Shown here: piece after piece, positions 35,977-44,027 of the stretch
Layout: each line of letters begins with the position of its first letter
How positions within the stretch are numbered: the first letter of the stretch is position 1
IMG/VR virus record: IMGVR_UViG_3300020045_000864
Coordinates: 1-45,063 of that record
Length of the DNA: 45,063 nucleotides
DNA from: a virus
Taxonomy: Duplodnaviria; Caudoviricetes
Direction: 5' to 3' (one strand)
Program-made: the position numbers and the translations under genes
Notes under the pieces: model-generated
The model's database searches: none
Seen by the model: the letters and a program-made list of their open reading frames with translations, nothing else
What the model was told of the DNA's origin: nothing

Positions 35977-37341
35977 CTAGCAACCAGCAGAACAAATATC
36001 CCCGAGACTAGAGTCATCGGACATGCAAGAGCCACAAAGATACATATCTCTCCCAACGAACTTGCCACCGTCTTTAGGAAGGTCTTTGAAGTCGACGAGA
36101 GGGTTCTGGCAAAAGCAACATGTTGAGTTAGTCAAGCTATGGAAACGATATTCATCCATCTCCTTTCCATCATAGCCTTCGATAGTAGGGACTTTGCCAG
36201 ACTTACCCGACGCGATACGGTCTAATCTTTTGCCCTCTACAGAATTTTTCGATTCGTTTGAGTTCTCGTTTTTGGGCGTTGGCACCAAGGACAACGTAGG
36301 CCTCGGGAGTGATGAACTCTTCGTGGATGAAGTCGTCCCAACAATCGGCGTTAATGCAGAGCTTGCTGTAGACGTTTTTGTAGTCGTGTTCTCTTCCACT
36401 CCAGAAGTGTTCTCCTCGACTACGATGGCGGGTAACTGGGGAAGTGGGTGTATGAGACTTCCATCCAGACGACGAGCTTCGTGCTTGGGTGCCCAGCTTC
36501 TCGTCTGGGAGCAATGTGCCTTCAAAGGATCGTCCCAAGGCCGATCTTCCAGAGGGCGACTGTCGCGATACTGATTGTTGCTGCCTTGATGAAAAGGGCG
36601 AGGAACAACATTACTTGTTAGGTCTCCTTTCACTTCACGATCAGCTTTGAGGTTCAAGGGTTTGTTCTCACGGGGATTGATCTCGAATCTACGGAGAGTA
36701 TCAATCTTGAGGGCGTGGTAGGCATATCCTTTCTCATCCTTGAAAAACTCAATTTCCATTTCCTGCTCAAGCATCTGGAGCATCCAGTAACGAGAAGCCC
36801 AATACAATTTCTTTCCATCCTTGTCAGTTGCCCACCAAAGAGGGCGCTGATCATTACGGAGGAAGTTCAAGGTATTCTCTTCAGAGTTCCACCAAGTAGC
36901 TGCCCAAGCACCTTTGATCTTACCAAAGGTTTCTTCGACACCCTCGTAGGCAATACTGTGGAATAGGGCATTACTGTCAACCTTGAAGGCATCACTACCG
37001 TCTAGCTTATGCCAGTTCTGGAGAGTTCCGTTGTGAACACCTGTAATATGTTCTTCTTGGAAGGGATGAGCAGTACTCTTAGAGATTCCTCCAACTGTTG
37101 CCTTGCGGGTATGGCCAATAATGGCTTTATCGCCTACAAGGTTAAGTCGATCCCAATCACGAGTCTCGAACAGCTCAAAGGGGCTGCCTACGGCTTTATT
37201 GACTTTGACATTATTGGAATAGTCAACATTAATATAACCTGCTGAATCCTCTCCTCTGAGAGAACAAACAATCAAAAGACGCTTAAAAGCTTCTTTATCC
37301 TTCTGGGTCAATGCCCCAGCGATACCGACTAGACCACACAT
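35977..37341 (-). CDS. Class II (Ntn) glutamine amidotransferase with low-complexity linker and C-terminal zinc finger
   Basis: MCGLVG, LRGEDSAG, GHTRKAT, HPF, HNGTL, VDS, GAWA, RNDQRPL; CCFC...CGSC. Confidence 0.92.
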   Translation of the reverse strand: MCGLVGIAGALTQKDKEAFKRLLIVCSLRGEDSAGYINVDYSNNVKVNKAVGSPFELFETRDWDRLNLVGDKAIIGHTRKATVGGISKSTAHPFQEEHITGVHNGTLQNWHKLDGSDAFKVDSNALFHSIAYEGVEETFGKIKGAWAATWWNSEENTLNFLRNDQRPLWWATDKDGKKLYWASRYWMLQMLEQEMEIEFFKDEKGYAYHALKIDTLRRFEINPRENKPLNLKADREVKGDLTSNVVPRPFHQGSNNQYRDSRPLEDRPWDDPLKAHCSQTRSWAPKHEARRLDGSLIHPLPQLPAIVVEENTSGVEENTTTKTSTASSALTPIVGTTSSTKSSSLPRPTLSLVPTPKNENSNESKNSVEGKRLDRIASGKSGKVPTIEGYDGKEMDEYRFHSLTNSTCCFCQNPLVDFKDLPKDGGKFVGRDMYLCGSCMSDDSSLGDICSAGC

Positions 37342-37631
37342 TAAACTGCCTTACTTTTAGAGATGCGTATATCAAGTTTCACTGGGTCAGTGAACCATAT
37401 GTATTTAGGGGACGAATACTTACAGGATTCAATGAGATTCAAAGTAACGTTATATTTTTTCAAAGCAGAAGCTTTGGCATAAAATATATTCCAAGCTTCT
37501 CTTACTTCAGCAGCTTCAGCTGCAATCTTTAAGTCTTGTTCAGACTCCAGAATTATAGGCTTTCGGTAGTGGCAATGAACCAACAAACCCAAACAGGAAA
37601 GAATTATTAGTGTCAATAGTCCTTCAACCAC
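37341..37631 (-). CDS. Hypothetical membrane-anchored protein
   Basis: SD AGGAGG, GTG start, N-terminal TM helix. Confidence 0.65.
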   Translation of the reverse strand: MVEGLLTLIILSCLGLLVHCHYRKPIILESEQDLKIAAEAAEVREAWNIFYAKASALKKYNVTLNLIESCKYSSPKYIWFTDPVKLDIRISKSKAV

Positions 37632-37652
37632 GATTTCCTCCTAAATTAATGC

Positions 37653-37680
37653 TTGACAAAACTCGTGAACGTGATATAAT
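37653..37680 (+). promoter_or_regulatory. Consensus sigma70 promoter, antisense to the surrounding operon
   Basis: TTGACA-16 nt-TATAAT with extended -10 TG; in an AT-rich tract. Confidence 0.75.
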
Positions 37681-37777
37681 AAGATATAGTCTTAAGAAGA
37701 AGTTAAAGAGAAGTTTAATACCTTTAGTAATATGAATACAATTTATAATCCTCTTTTAATAAGAAGGGAAGAAAGAG

Positions 37778-38131
37778 ATAGTAAGGGGACGTCCAAGAAA
37801 ATATCCTAGAGAGTATTGGGATACACCTGAATTTGTAATGTGGTATAATATTCGCGCATCTGCTAAAAACTTACGGGAATTGGAATTTAATATTGATCCC
37901 GAAGATATTATAATCCCCTCTGTTTGCCCTGTTTACGGAGTTCCGATGAACAAGGAAGGTGAAAGATCATACTATCCTACGGTAGACAGGATTGACTCTT
38001 CAAAGGGATATGTTAAAGGAAACGTTCGAGTAATCTCTCACTTAGCAAATCGCCATAAAAACAATATGACGTTTGATCATATTGAAATGCTTTACCAAGA
38101 CGCTTTGAGACTTAAAGGAGAGGGGTTTTAA
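37778..38131 (+). CDS. HNH-like endonuclease on the opposite strand; first ATG at 37838, possible ATA start at 37778
   Basis: CPVYGVPM...PTVDRIDSSKGYVKGNVRVISHLANRHK; upstream in-frame GRPRK AT-hook. Confidence 0.75.
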   Translation: MVRGRPRKYPREYWDTPEFVMWYNIRASAKNLRELEFNIDPEDIIIPSVCPVYGVPMNKEGERSYYPTVDRIDSSKGYVKGNVRVISHLANRHKNNMTFDHIEMLYQDALRLKGEGF

Positions 38132-38223
38132 GCCTCACTGAGAGCAACCTACTACTGAGAGCTACTACGCCCTACCTAAGGCCTATAAAACCTCTGTACG
38201 GCTCTTAAAATGGATTTTAGAGG
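38131..38223 (-). repeat. 93-bp boxed element, copy B (inverted partner of 35883-35975)
   Basis: Boxes CCTCTAAAAT / GCCGTACAG / AGGTAG / CTCAGTGAGGCT on the - strand. Confidence 0.7.
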
Positions 38224-38234
38224 CATATCAGACC

Positions 38235-39017
38235 TCAGTGAATGCTCGTACCTAGAAAGTTAGGTCCAAATACGGTTTCATTCTGCATTACAGCCAACTC
38301 CAAGAGGAATTCTTCGAGTTTGTGCATAGACCACGAAGCATACTCTGGATATTGATCGAAGAGTTCTGGATGGCCTTGCACGCCAAAGCTCTTCGTTTCA
38401 ATCCAACAAGCAGCCTCAATTTCAAGTGGATCATCCATACCAGCATTATGATTGCTGATATTGAGTTCGTAGTCTGCTCGCTTGAACTGAGTAACTACGG
38501 GGTTATTAGAAACAGCCATGACTGACATATCACCTGTCTGCCGTACCATCTGGTGGTGGATACTGGAAGCCTTAACAACCATTCCAGTCTCAGTATCAAC
38601 AATGTCATGACTGGAAGTGTGATTGTTAACGTGCTGCCAGAGTTTGCCACCGTTCATTACGGCGAGGAACTGAAAGCCCCTACAAATCCCGAACATGGGT
38701 ACGTCCCACTCTAAGGCTTTAGCGTACATATCGAGTTCGTAGGCATCACGGTGTGTGCTAAAGCTACTGGAGATATTCCGTTCACCATAAAGCTGGGGAT
38801 CAACGTCAGCACCACCAGTAAAGACAAGGAGATCAGCTTCCTTGATGTCTTTAGCCATCGTAAAGCCACTCTTAGCCATGAGAGCTACACAGCTTCCTTT
38901 GAAAGCACCATCAAGGACAAGACATTTCATCCCCCTAAAATTAGGAAAATCCGTCTTAGTCCACCGCTCTTCAGGTACGTCTGGATTAAGCGGCGACTTG
39001 GAGGTTATCTTCAACAC
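38235..39017 (-). CDS. Class I glutamine amidotransferase / peptidase C26 (gamma-glutamyl hydrolase-like)
   Basis: FTGGADVDPQLYG, GICRGFQ, SSIHHQ, VQGHPE. Confidence 0.92.
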   Translation of the reverse strand: MLKITSKSPLNPDVPEERWTKTDFPNFRGMKCLVLDGAFKGSCVALMAKSGFTMAKDIKEADLLVFTGGADVDPQLYGERNISSSFSTHRDAYELDMYAKALEWDVPMFGICRGFQFLAVMNGGKLWQHVNNHTSSHDIVDTETGMVVKASSIHHQMVRQTGDMSVMAVSNNPVVTQFKRADYELNISNHNAGMDDPLEIEAACWIETKSFGVQGHPELFDQYPEYASWSMHKLEEFLLELAVMQNETVFGPNFLGTSIH

Positions 39018-39996
39018 TCTTTGGCTTCCTTTCTTGGAGGAGATTCTGGACTTCTTCTACGAAACGAGGAACTATCTCGTTCTTAAATCTATCTGTAGGA
39101 ATAAGACTTTTATGGACAGACGACGCAACCCTCTTCTTAAAGGGATTAGGAATACTGCTCATAATCGTCTCAGGCTTTTTATCTAGGAGATTATTGACCT
39201 GAGTCATCCAATGTTGCTGCCATGTCTCCGAGTCAAGAGGCAGTAACTTACCAGTCACGAAATACTGGGAGCCTCCGTAGATACTATGATAATTCCTGTA
39301 GGTTTTATCTTTATTGGTAAGACCGTAGAAGTCACCTCCGATAGCCCTAAAAGCAGCATCCTTAATAGAAAGCTGCGTAGGCAGTGTGAAGTGACCATTA
39401 CTACCGGGGCCAAAGCCATCATTTTTACCACAATCTGTGGTATTCGTTGCGATAACAAAAGCAATGTCAGGGTCCATGCCTCCGTCTACAAGATCACTCC
39501 AGAATCTAAGATACGGGGCTTTCTCACGAGTATGTCTGCTAATGATACACATATTCTGGAGGATACCCGCAGGAATATCACTGCTAATGAGTAGTCCAAA
39601 CTCCGTATTGAATTCCAAAGGCATTGGAACAAAGAATCTAGAATAAAAACTCTGTTGGGTAAACCACCGAGTAAACTTCTCAACAATCTCAGGGTTTACG
39701 AGAAACTGTGAATGAGTATTGCCAAAGGCTTTATGCGAAGGGTATTTATCCAGACGGTGTGTCAAAGTCGCTACGAGGTCACAATTCTCTGTACCTGAGC
39801 CAATACTAAAGTGACAGGCTCCTGTGAGAACTCGGACGTCATTCTCATGGGATTTCCCAATGATTTTGTACATACCGTTACTGTTAGAGAATTTACCAGA
39901 CTGTAGATTTTTCTGGGTTTCTTCAAGGAACTTAATTCCTCTCTCAATACTTGCTTTGTCTTGAGAGGGTTTGAAGTCGTAATCATGTACTAGCAT
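38986..39996 (-). CDS. Hypothetical protein in the amidoligase cluster
   Basis: 336 aa ORF between the GGCT and GATase I genes; no family recognised. Confidence 0.7.
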   Translation of the reverse strand: MLVHDYDFKPSQDKASIERGIKFLEETQKNLQSGKFSNSNGMYKIIGKSHENDVRVLTGACHFSIGSGTENCDLVATLTHRLDKYPSHKAFGNTHSQFLVNPEIVEKFTRWFTQQSFYSRFFVPMPLEFNTEFGLLISSDIPAGILQNMCIISRHTREKAPYLRFWSDLVDGGMDPDIAFVIATNTTDCGKNDGFGPGSNGHFTLPTQLSIKDAAFRAIGGDFYGLTNKDKTYRNYHSIYGGSQYFVTGKLLPLDSETWQQHWMTQVNNLLDKKPETIMSSIPNPFKKRVASSVHKSLIPTDRFKNEIVPRFVEEVQNLLQERKPKSVEDNLQVAA

Positions 39997-40002
39997 AGAA
40001 TA

Positions 40003-40434
40003 TTATCCCATTGTGTGAAACCAGTCACCTTGTCGAATATGCAATTTATCATCTACTACGAAATTGGCTTCGTAAACGATACATGAAATTCCGGCAGCAG
40101 TCCTAGTCTCACGAGGTACGAATAAACTCGTGTCAGGGTCTTTAGGGTAGAATCCCTCATACCGTTGAGTATCCTCAAGGGTGTCCGTAGAAACCCTATA
40201 GAGTTCTATCTTGACAGTAGGGAGCTTTACGAAGTCACAGAAGGGCATCTGACCACTACTGTGGCAATCATAAAGATGCGCATGACTCTCCAAGAGCTTC
40301 ACAGCAGGAAAGAAAGCCATTGTGCCATACAACTTCCCGAAGATTTCATCTTCTCCGAGAAACTCTGAATCCTTAACAAGATGGTGAGCCTGCCCTAGTT
40401 TTCTCAGACTCCCGTATACTCCAATGATTGTCAT
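40003..40434 (-). CDS. Gamma-glutamylcyclotransferase (AIG2-like)
   Basis: VYGSLRK...H, FPAV, ELYRV, YEGF, GDW. Confidence 0.88.
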   Translation of the reverse strand: MTIIGVYGSLRKLGQAHHLVKDSEFLGEDEIFGKLYGTMAFFPAVKLLESHAHLYDCHSSGQMPFCDFVKLPTVKIELYRVSTDTLEDTQRYEGFYPKDPDTSLFVPRETRTAAGISCIVYEANFVVDDKLHIRQGDWFHTMG

Positions 40435-40448
40435 ATAATATCCTATAG

Positions 40449-40525
40449 TGGTGGCCCCGGCAGGATTCGAACCTGCAACCATGAGTGTAGAAGACTCCTA
40501 CTCTGTCCAGTTGAGCTACGGGGCC
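40449..40525 (-). tRNA. tRNA-Arg (anticodon UCU), encoded CCA
   Basis: GGCCCCG acceptor, GCTC/GAGT D-stem, anticodon loop CTTCTAC, GCAGG-TTCGAAT-CCTGC T-arm, ACCA end. Confidence 0.93.
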
Positions 40526-40530
40526 TAAGA

Positions 40531-40719
40531 TTATTTAGAGGGAACGCAACTCCAACGAACATCTACAGTTTGCTGCCTACTGCCAGAGTGCTGTTTAGAG
40601 ACAGTTTCTCCTGCTTTTGCGCAAGATGCATAAGAAGAAAATCCAGACATACTTGTTATTGCTGTACCACCAGAACGGTAGCCATCACTAGCAAGGCTGA
40701 GAATAAGAATCCAAATCAT
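40531..40719 (-). CDS. Small secreted or periplasmic protein
   Basis: MIWILILSL signal-like start, FSSYASCAKAG...WSCVP with two Cys. Confidence 0.65.
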   Translation of the reverse strand: MIWILILSLASDGYRSGGTAITSMSGFSSYASCAKAGETVSKQHSGSRQQTVDVRWSCVPSK

Positions 40720-41558
40720 ACGTTTTCACTCCAAATTACAGTACCATCAGAGAAGATGTCCCTGCGATCTCTACGCCGACAACGAGGAGCAGACCATCGA
40801 GCAGCTTCAGCAGAGTCGTATCCCGCTCCACTACGACCCCGATCACGAAAGACATTGTGGTACGTACTGAAGACAATTGTAGGTTCGGGGACTGCTACAG
40901 GAGCAGGAGCTTCTTCATCAGGGTTTTCTTGAACCTCAATATGATCGAAAGACCAAAAACCCTCATTAGGGTCTACATCTCGTCCGTCCCATTGAATATA
41001 CCAACCTGGATTTGCATTCCCCTGTCTGTAAGGTCGCGTAGTAACACCAGCAAGATGTTGATTTAATCTTCCTACAGTCCTTCCAAGCCTCACTCGTGAT
41101 CCGACTTGAATTGTTTCATGCGAACTTCTAACCCATCTACCGGCAGCCGCAGGAATAGCCCGAGGAACAGTAACAGTAGCCAAGTCAGGGGCGACATATT
41201 GATGCTCCCACGTCCTCATCATGCCGGGCATATCAGCAGGAAGAAGGCTCAGGAAACGAGGAACGAAGTGAAAAATGAATACTTCATTCCCTGAATTACT
41301 GTTCCTGAAACGAGAAACTAACCGAAAGCCCTTACGTTGAAGGATACTCGGCCAGCCGTCAGGAGGGTTATTTCCTTGGAGAGACTGCCCCGGAGCGCCG
41401 ATTTGACGAGAGGACAAAGCAATCTCGACAAGACGGTTGTTATTATCAGGTGGACAAGCTTCTTGGAGGAAACGATCCAATTCAGCCTCAGTGGAATTAT
41501 CCATGTTAAAGATGTGCTTGATGCCACAGCAAGCAGCACCATGATCTACGAGTCTCAT
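40716..41558 (-). CDS. Multidomain hypothetical protein with N-terminal HGxxCCG domain (paralog of 31854-32186)
   Basis: HGAACCGIKHI ... LQRKGFRLVSRFRNSNSGN, then an SH3/KOW-like IQVGSRVRL segment. Confidence 0.7.
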   Translation of the reverse strand: MRLVDHGAACCGIKHIFNMDNSTEAELDRFLQEACPPDNNNRLVEIALSSRQIGAPGQSLQGNNPPDGWPSILQRKGFRLVSRFRNSNSGNEVFIFHFVPRFLSLLPADMPGMMRTWEHQYVAPDLATVTVPRAIPAAAGRWVRSSHETIQVGSRVRLGRTVGRLNQHLAGVTTRPYRQGNANPGWYIQWDGRDVDPNEGFWSFDHIEVQENPDEEAPAPVAVPEPTIVFSTYHNVFRDRGRSGAGYDSAEAARWSAPRCRRRDRRDIFSDGTVIWSENV

Positions 41559-41941
41559 TAGTATTCCCTTTTTACGAAGACAATATCTGAGATTTCATCA
41601 TCGGAGTATGTGTATTCGAACTGACCTACGCATTTATCTGTGCCGTAAGTGTTATACCGAAGTTTTGTGCAATATTCGTCAGTAACACAACCATCACGAT
41701 AAACACCCCGGTATTCCTTACGAACAACAGGGGTGTTTATGAGTTCGGAATGAGAAGGCGAAGAACCTGGATGGGTTCCGTCTGCTTTACGGTGACACGA
41801 ATATTCGCATCCTTGCAGGTTTTCTATGAGAGCTATGATCGGGCAGCTTGGAACTACACGGCTGTCAGTGCAGATGATACGGGCTTTACGGCCATCTCTC
41901 GTCTGGACAGGCTTTGTGGGATCAAAAATCTTGTGTGTCAC
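41558..41941 (-). CDS. Hypothetical protein (KPVQTRDGRKARIICTD family)
   Basis: Common phage N-terminal motif; related to the adjacent gene. Confidence 0.7.
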   Translation of the reverse strand: MTHKIFDPTKPVQTRDGRKARIICTDSRVVPSCPIIALIENLQGCEYSCHRKADGTHPGSSPSHSELINTPVVRKEYRGVYRDGCVTDEYCTKLRYNTYGTDKCVGQFEYTYSDDEISDIVFVKREY

Positions 41942-42324
41942 AGGAAAATATCCGTAGTTACAGTTTTCTTGATGGTTACTTCCCCGTGATTTACAGCGAC
42001 GATAGCTGAAGGGAGTTCATAACCATTGACGTTAAAGACTTTGAAGCCCCTTTGGTCAAGCTCGATAAGAAAATCTCGATAATCTTCACGAGCCTTGCGG
42101 TATTTATCAGCGAGTTCTTGGTCTGTCATAGAAAATACATCAACAAGGACGTTACGAATATCAGGCTGCTCACCTAGATAATGCTTACCGTTGATAAGGT
42201 AGGACCGGGATGAAAAGCCACCTTGAATCTGTACTTCCATTTTGCCATTACCGTTATTTCTCAGAACTTTAACGGGAATGCCTGTCACGGTTTCAACAGG
42301 TTTTGTCCAATCAATTTGCGTCAT
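41938..42324 (-). CDS. Hypothetical protein (DWTKPVET motif)
   Basis: SD AAGGA; GTGA-type overlap with the next gene. Confidence 0.65.
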   Translation of the reverse strand: MTQIDWTKPVETVTGIPVKVLRNNGNGKMEVQIQGGFSSRSYLINGKHYLGEQPDIRNVLVDVFSMTDQELADKYRKAREDYRDFLIELDQRGFKVFNVNGYELPSAIVAVNHGEVTIKKTVTTDIFL

Positions 42325-42495
42325 CAGTCAATATCCTTCGCTTCGATCAGTCGATGTCCATACAAAGATTAATATCCGAGATATCATCCCCGGACACGAA
42401 GATCAAACATGAGGCGTCACGGTCAATGATAATGCTGTCACCAGTCTTTTCAAAGATTTCGTGAAGTTCAAATAAAGTTGGCATTAGATTTACTC

Positions 42496-42810
42496 CTAAA
42501 GCTGGTCAATAATCTCTGTCATGCCAGCATCATTGTGGACATAGCCTTCCCTCGGACCCAAAGAGTCTTGGTCGATGAGTTTGGGAGGCTCTAGGATTTT
42601 GCCTATTGTGAGTATTTTCCAGCCCTCCGACACGCCTTCCACGGAGTCACCAAGGACTTGGTATACTCTAAGGCTAGGCCTCCCTGCCTTTGAAATACCG
42701 ATACAATGAACCTCAACCAATCTGGGAAGTCCATCATAGACTAGGCTCAATCTCTTGCCTGTCTGGATAGCTTTAGAGGCTATCTTGATGATTTGTTTCT
42801 CAGTTGTCAT
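42496..42810 (-). CDS. Stand-alone WYL-domain protein
   Basis: AIQTGKRLSLVYDG..RLVEVHCIG...LRVYQ...GWKILTIGKI pattern; SD GGAG before ATG 42810. Confidence 0.7.
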   Translation of the reverse strand: MTTEKQIIKIASKAIQTGKRLSLVYDGLPRLVEVHCIGISKAGRPSLRVYQVLGDSVEGVSEGWKILTIGKILEPPKLIDQDSLGPREGYVHNDAGMTEIIDQL

Positions 42811-42996
42811 AATAAATACTCCAACATAGATTAATAGGATTGTGGCTCGGTCTCTACCTGCGCAGGACATGATTCCAGTTAGTGGTGTGCTATCCACAAC
42901 CCAATTAATCTATGAACGTAGCTCTAACGGATTCGTAAAGGACTAGGAACAGTCCAATACCTAGGAGGGTGCTCATACCGATCTCCAAACAACGCG

Positions 42997-43031
42997 AACA
43001 AGAAAGGGCCAGTGCATTTCTGCACCAGCCC
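42997..43031 (-). terminator. Terminator-like hairpin 3' of the tRNA-like RNA
   Basis: GGGC-TG-GTGCA-GAAA-TGCAC-TG-GCCC followed by TTTCTTGTT. Confidence 0.55.
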
Positions 43032-43043
43032 AATCCCCGGTAA

Positions 43044-43114
43044 TCATAGGAGAGGAATCGAACCTCTATCTCCGCCTTTCGGGCGCGGGCATCACCAAGT
43101 TGCCATCACTATGA
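43044..43114 (-). ncRNA. tRNA-like RNA lacking an anticodon loop
   Basis: Acceptor-like TCATAG/CTATGA, D-arm GGCA-ACTTGGTGA-TGCC, short CGCC-CGAAA-GGCG arm, T-arm AGAGG-TTCGATT-CCTCT; no CCA. Confidence 0.7.
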
Positions 43115-43126
43115 ATCTTGCTGCCG

Positions 43127-43759
43127 TTAGGCATGCTCAGGCTCTGCCTTCACAGTCTTCTTATCAGAGTGTCCCTTGCGGCCACCATGCGCCAGCAATC
43201 CACTGTTCTTCGCAATCGAGGATGCCCGCGACTTATTGACCATCTTGAGGAGATGCTCAGCTTCAGTCTTAACAGTCTCCCGGACATTGGGATCATACTT
43301 GGACTCATTAGCCTCAGCAGCCTTGATTTGAGCCTTAATCATCCTGTCGATGACTTCCCAGAAGTCCACAAGCGTCTGGAGAGGCTTAGGCTCAGGATTG
43401 ACCTTTGCAGGGTCATCGTACCAGTTATTTGCCTTAGCCTTATCGACTGCGAAAGGATTGGCCTTGTCATTCCGAATGAAGCCGCAGCGATCCTTGGAAG
43501 GGTTTTTGCTGTCGAGATTGATTCCGATAGGTGAGTAAAGACGGAACCAACCAATCAATGAGTTACGTTCACGGGCAGGCAAGCCACGTACCAGAATCTT
43601 GGCCTGCGAACAATCCCCGTAAGATTCTGCGTGTGCGATAATCATTACAGCCGCTGTCTGTACCTTGTCACGATACGAACCAATGGCACGGATTGCACCA
43701 TTAACAGCAGCATTTACGGCTTTCGCCGACGTGGCTTCGCTTGTGATAACTTTAGTCAT
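43127..43759 (-). CDS. Conserved-looking early hypothetical protein
   Basis: SD AAGGAA before ATG 43759; helical 210 aa protein, AHAESYGDC...LIGWF motif. Confidence 0.75.
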   Translation of the reverse strand: MTKVITSEATSAKAVNAAVNGAIRAIGSYRDKVQTAAVMIIAHAESYGDCSQAKILVRGLPARERNSLIGWFRLYSPIGINLDSKNPSKDRCGFIRNDKANPFAVDKAKANNWYDDPAKVNPEPKPLQTLVDFWEVIDRMIKAQIKAAEANESKYDPNVRETVKTEAEHLLKMVNKSRASSIAKNSGLLAHGGRKGHSDKKTVKAEPEHA

Positions 43760-43832
43760 GGTAATATTCCTTCTAACGTATGTAGTGGAATTTCGCACTA
43801 TGCGACCTAGCTTTATCCACAAAGGCTAGGAT

Positions 43833-44018
43833 TTATACCAATGAATAATTAGGCTTCCATTGTTCAGTCGTGTCTGTCGTTATGACTTGACGAGTGACAT
43901 CGCCGCCTAAAGATTCATAGGTTTCGATAAAGGAGATTGCTTCAGATTGCTCCTCAGTAGCAAAAGCATGGCCGGTCAATTCGCAACGGCAAATGTAAAG
44001 TATCTGAGTTTGAAGCAT
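43833..44018 (-). CDS. Early hypothetical protein
   Basis: Strong SD AAGGAG before ATG. Confidence 0.6.
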   Translation of the reverse strand: MLQTQILYICRCELTGHAFATEEQSEAISFIETYESLGGDVTRQVITTDTTEQWKPNYSLV

Positions 44019-44027
44019 TTTAACTCC

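Noticed and set aside
40435-40482. N-terminal extension of the GGCT ORF (MVAGSNPAGATT)
   Set aside because: It is the translated 3' half of tRNA-Arg; the real start is ATG 40434 with an AGGA SD
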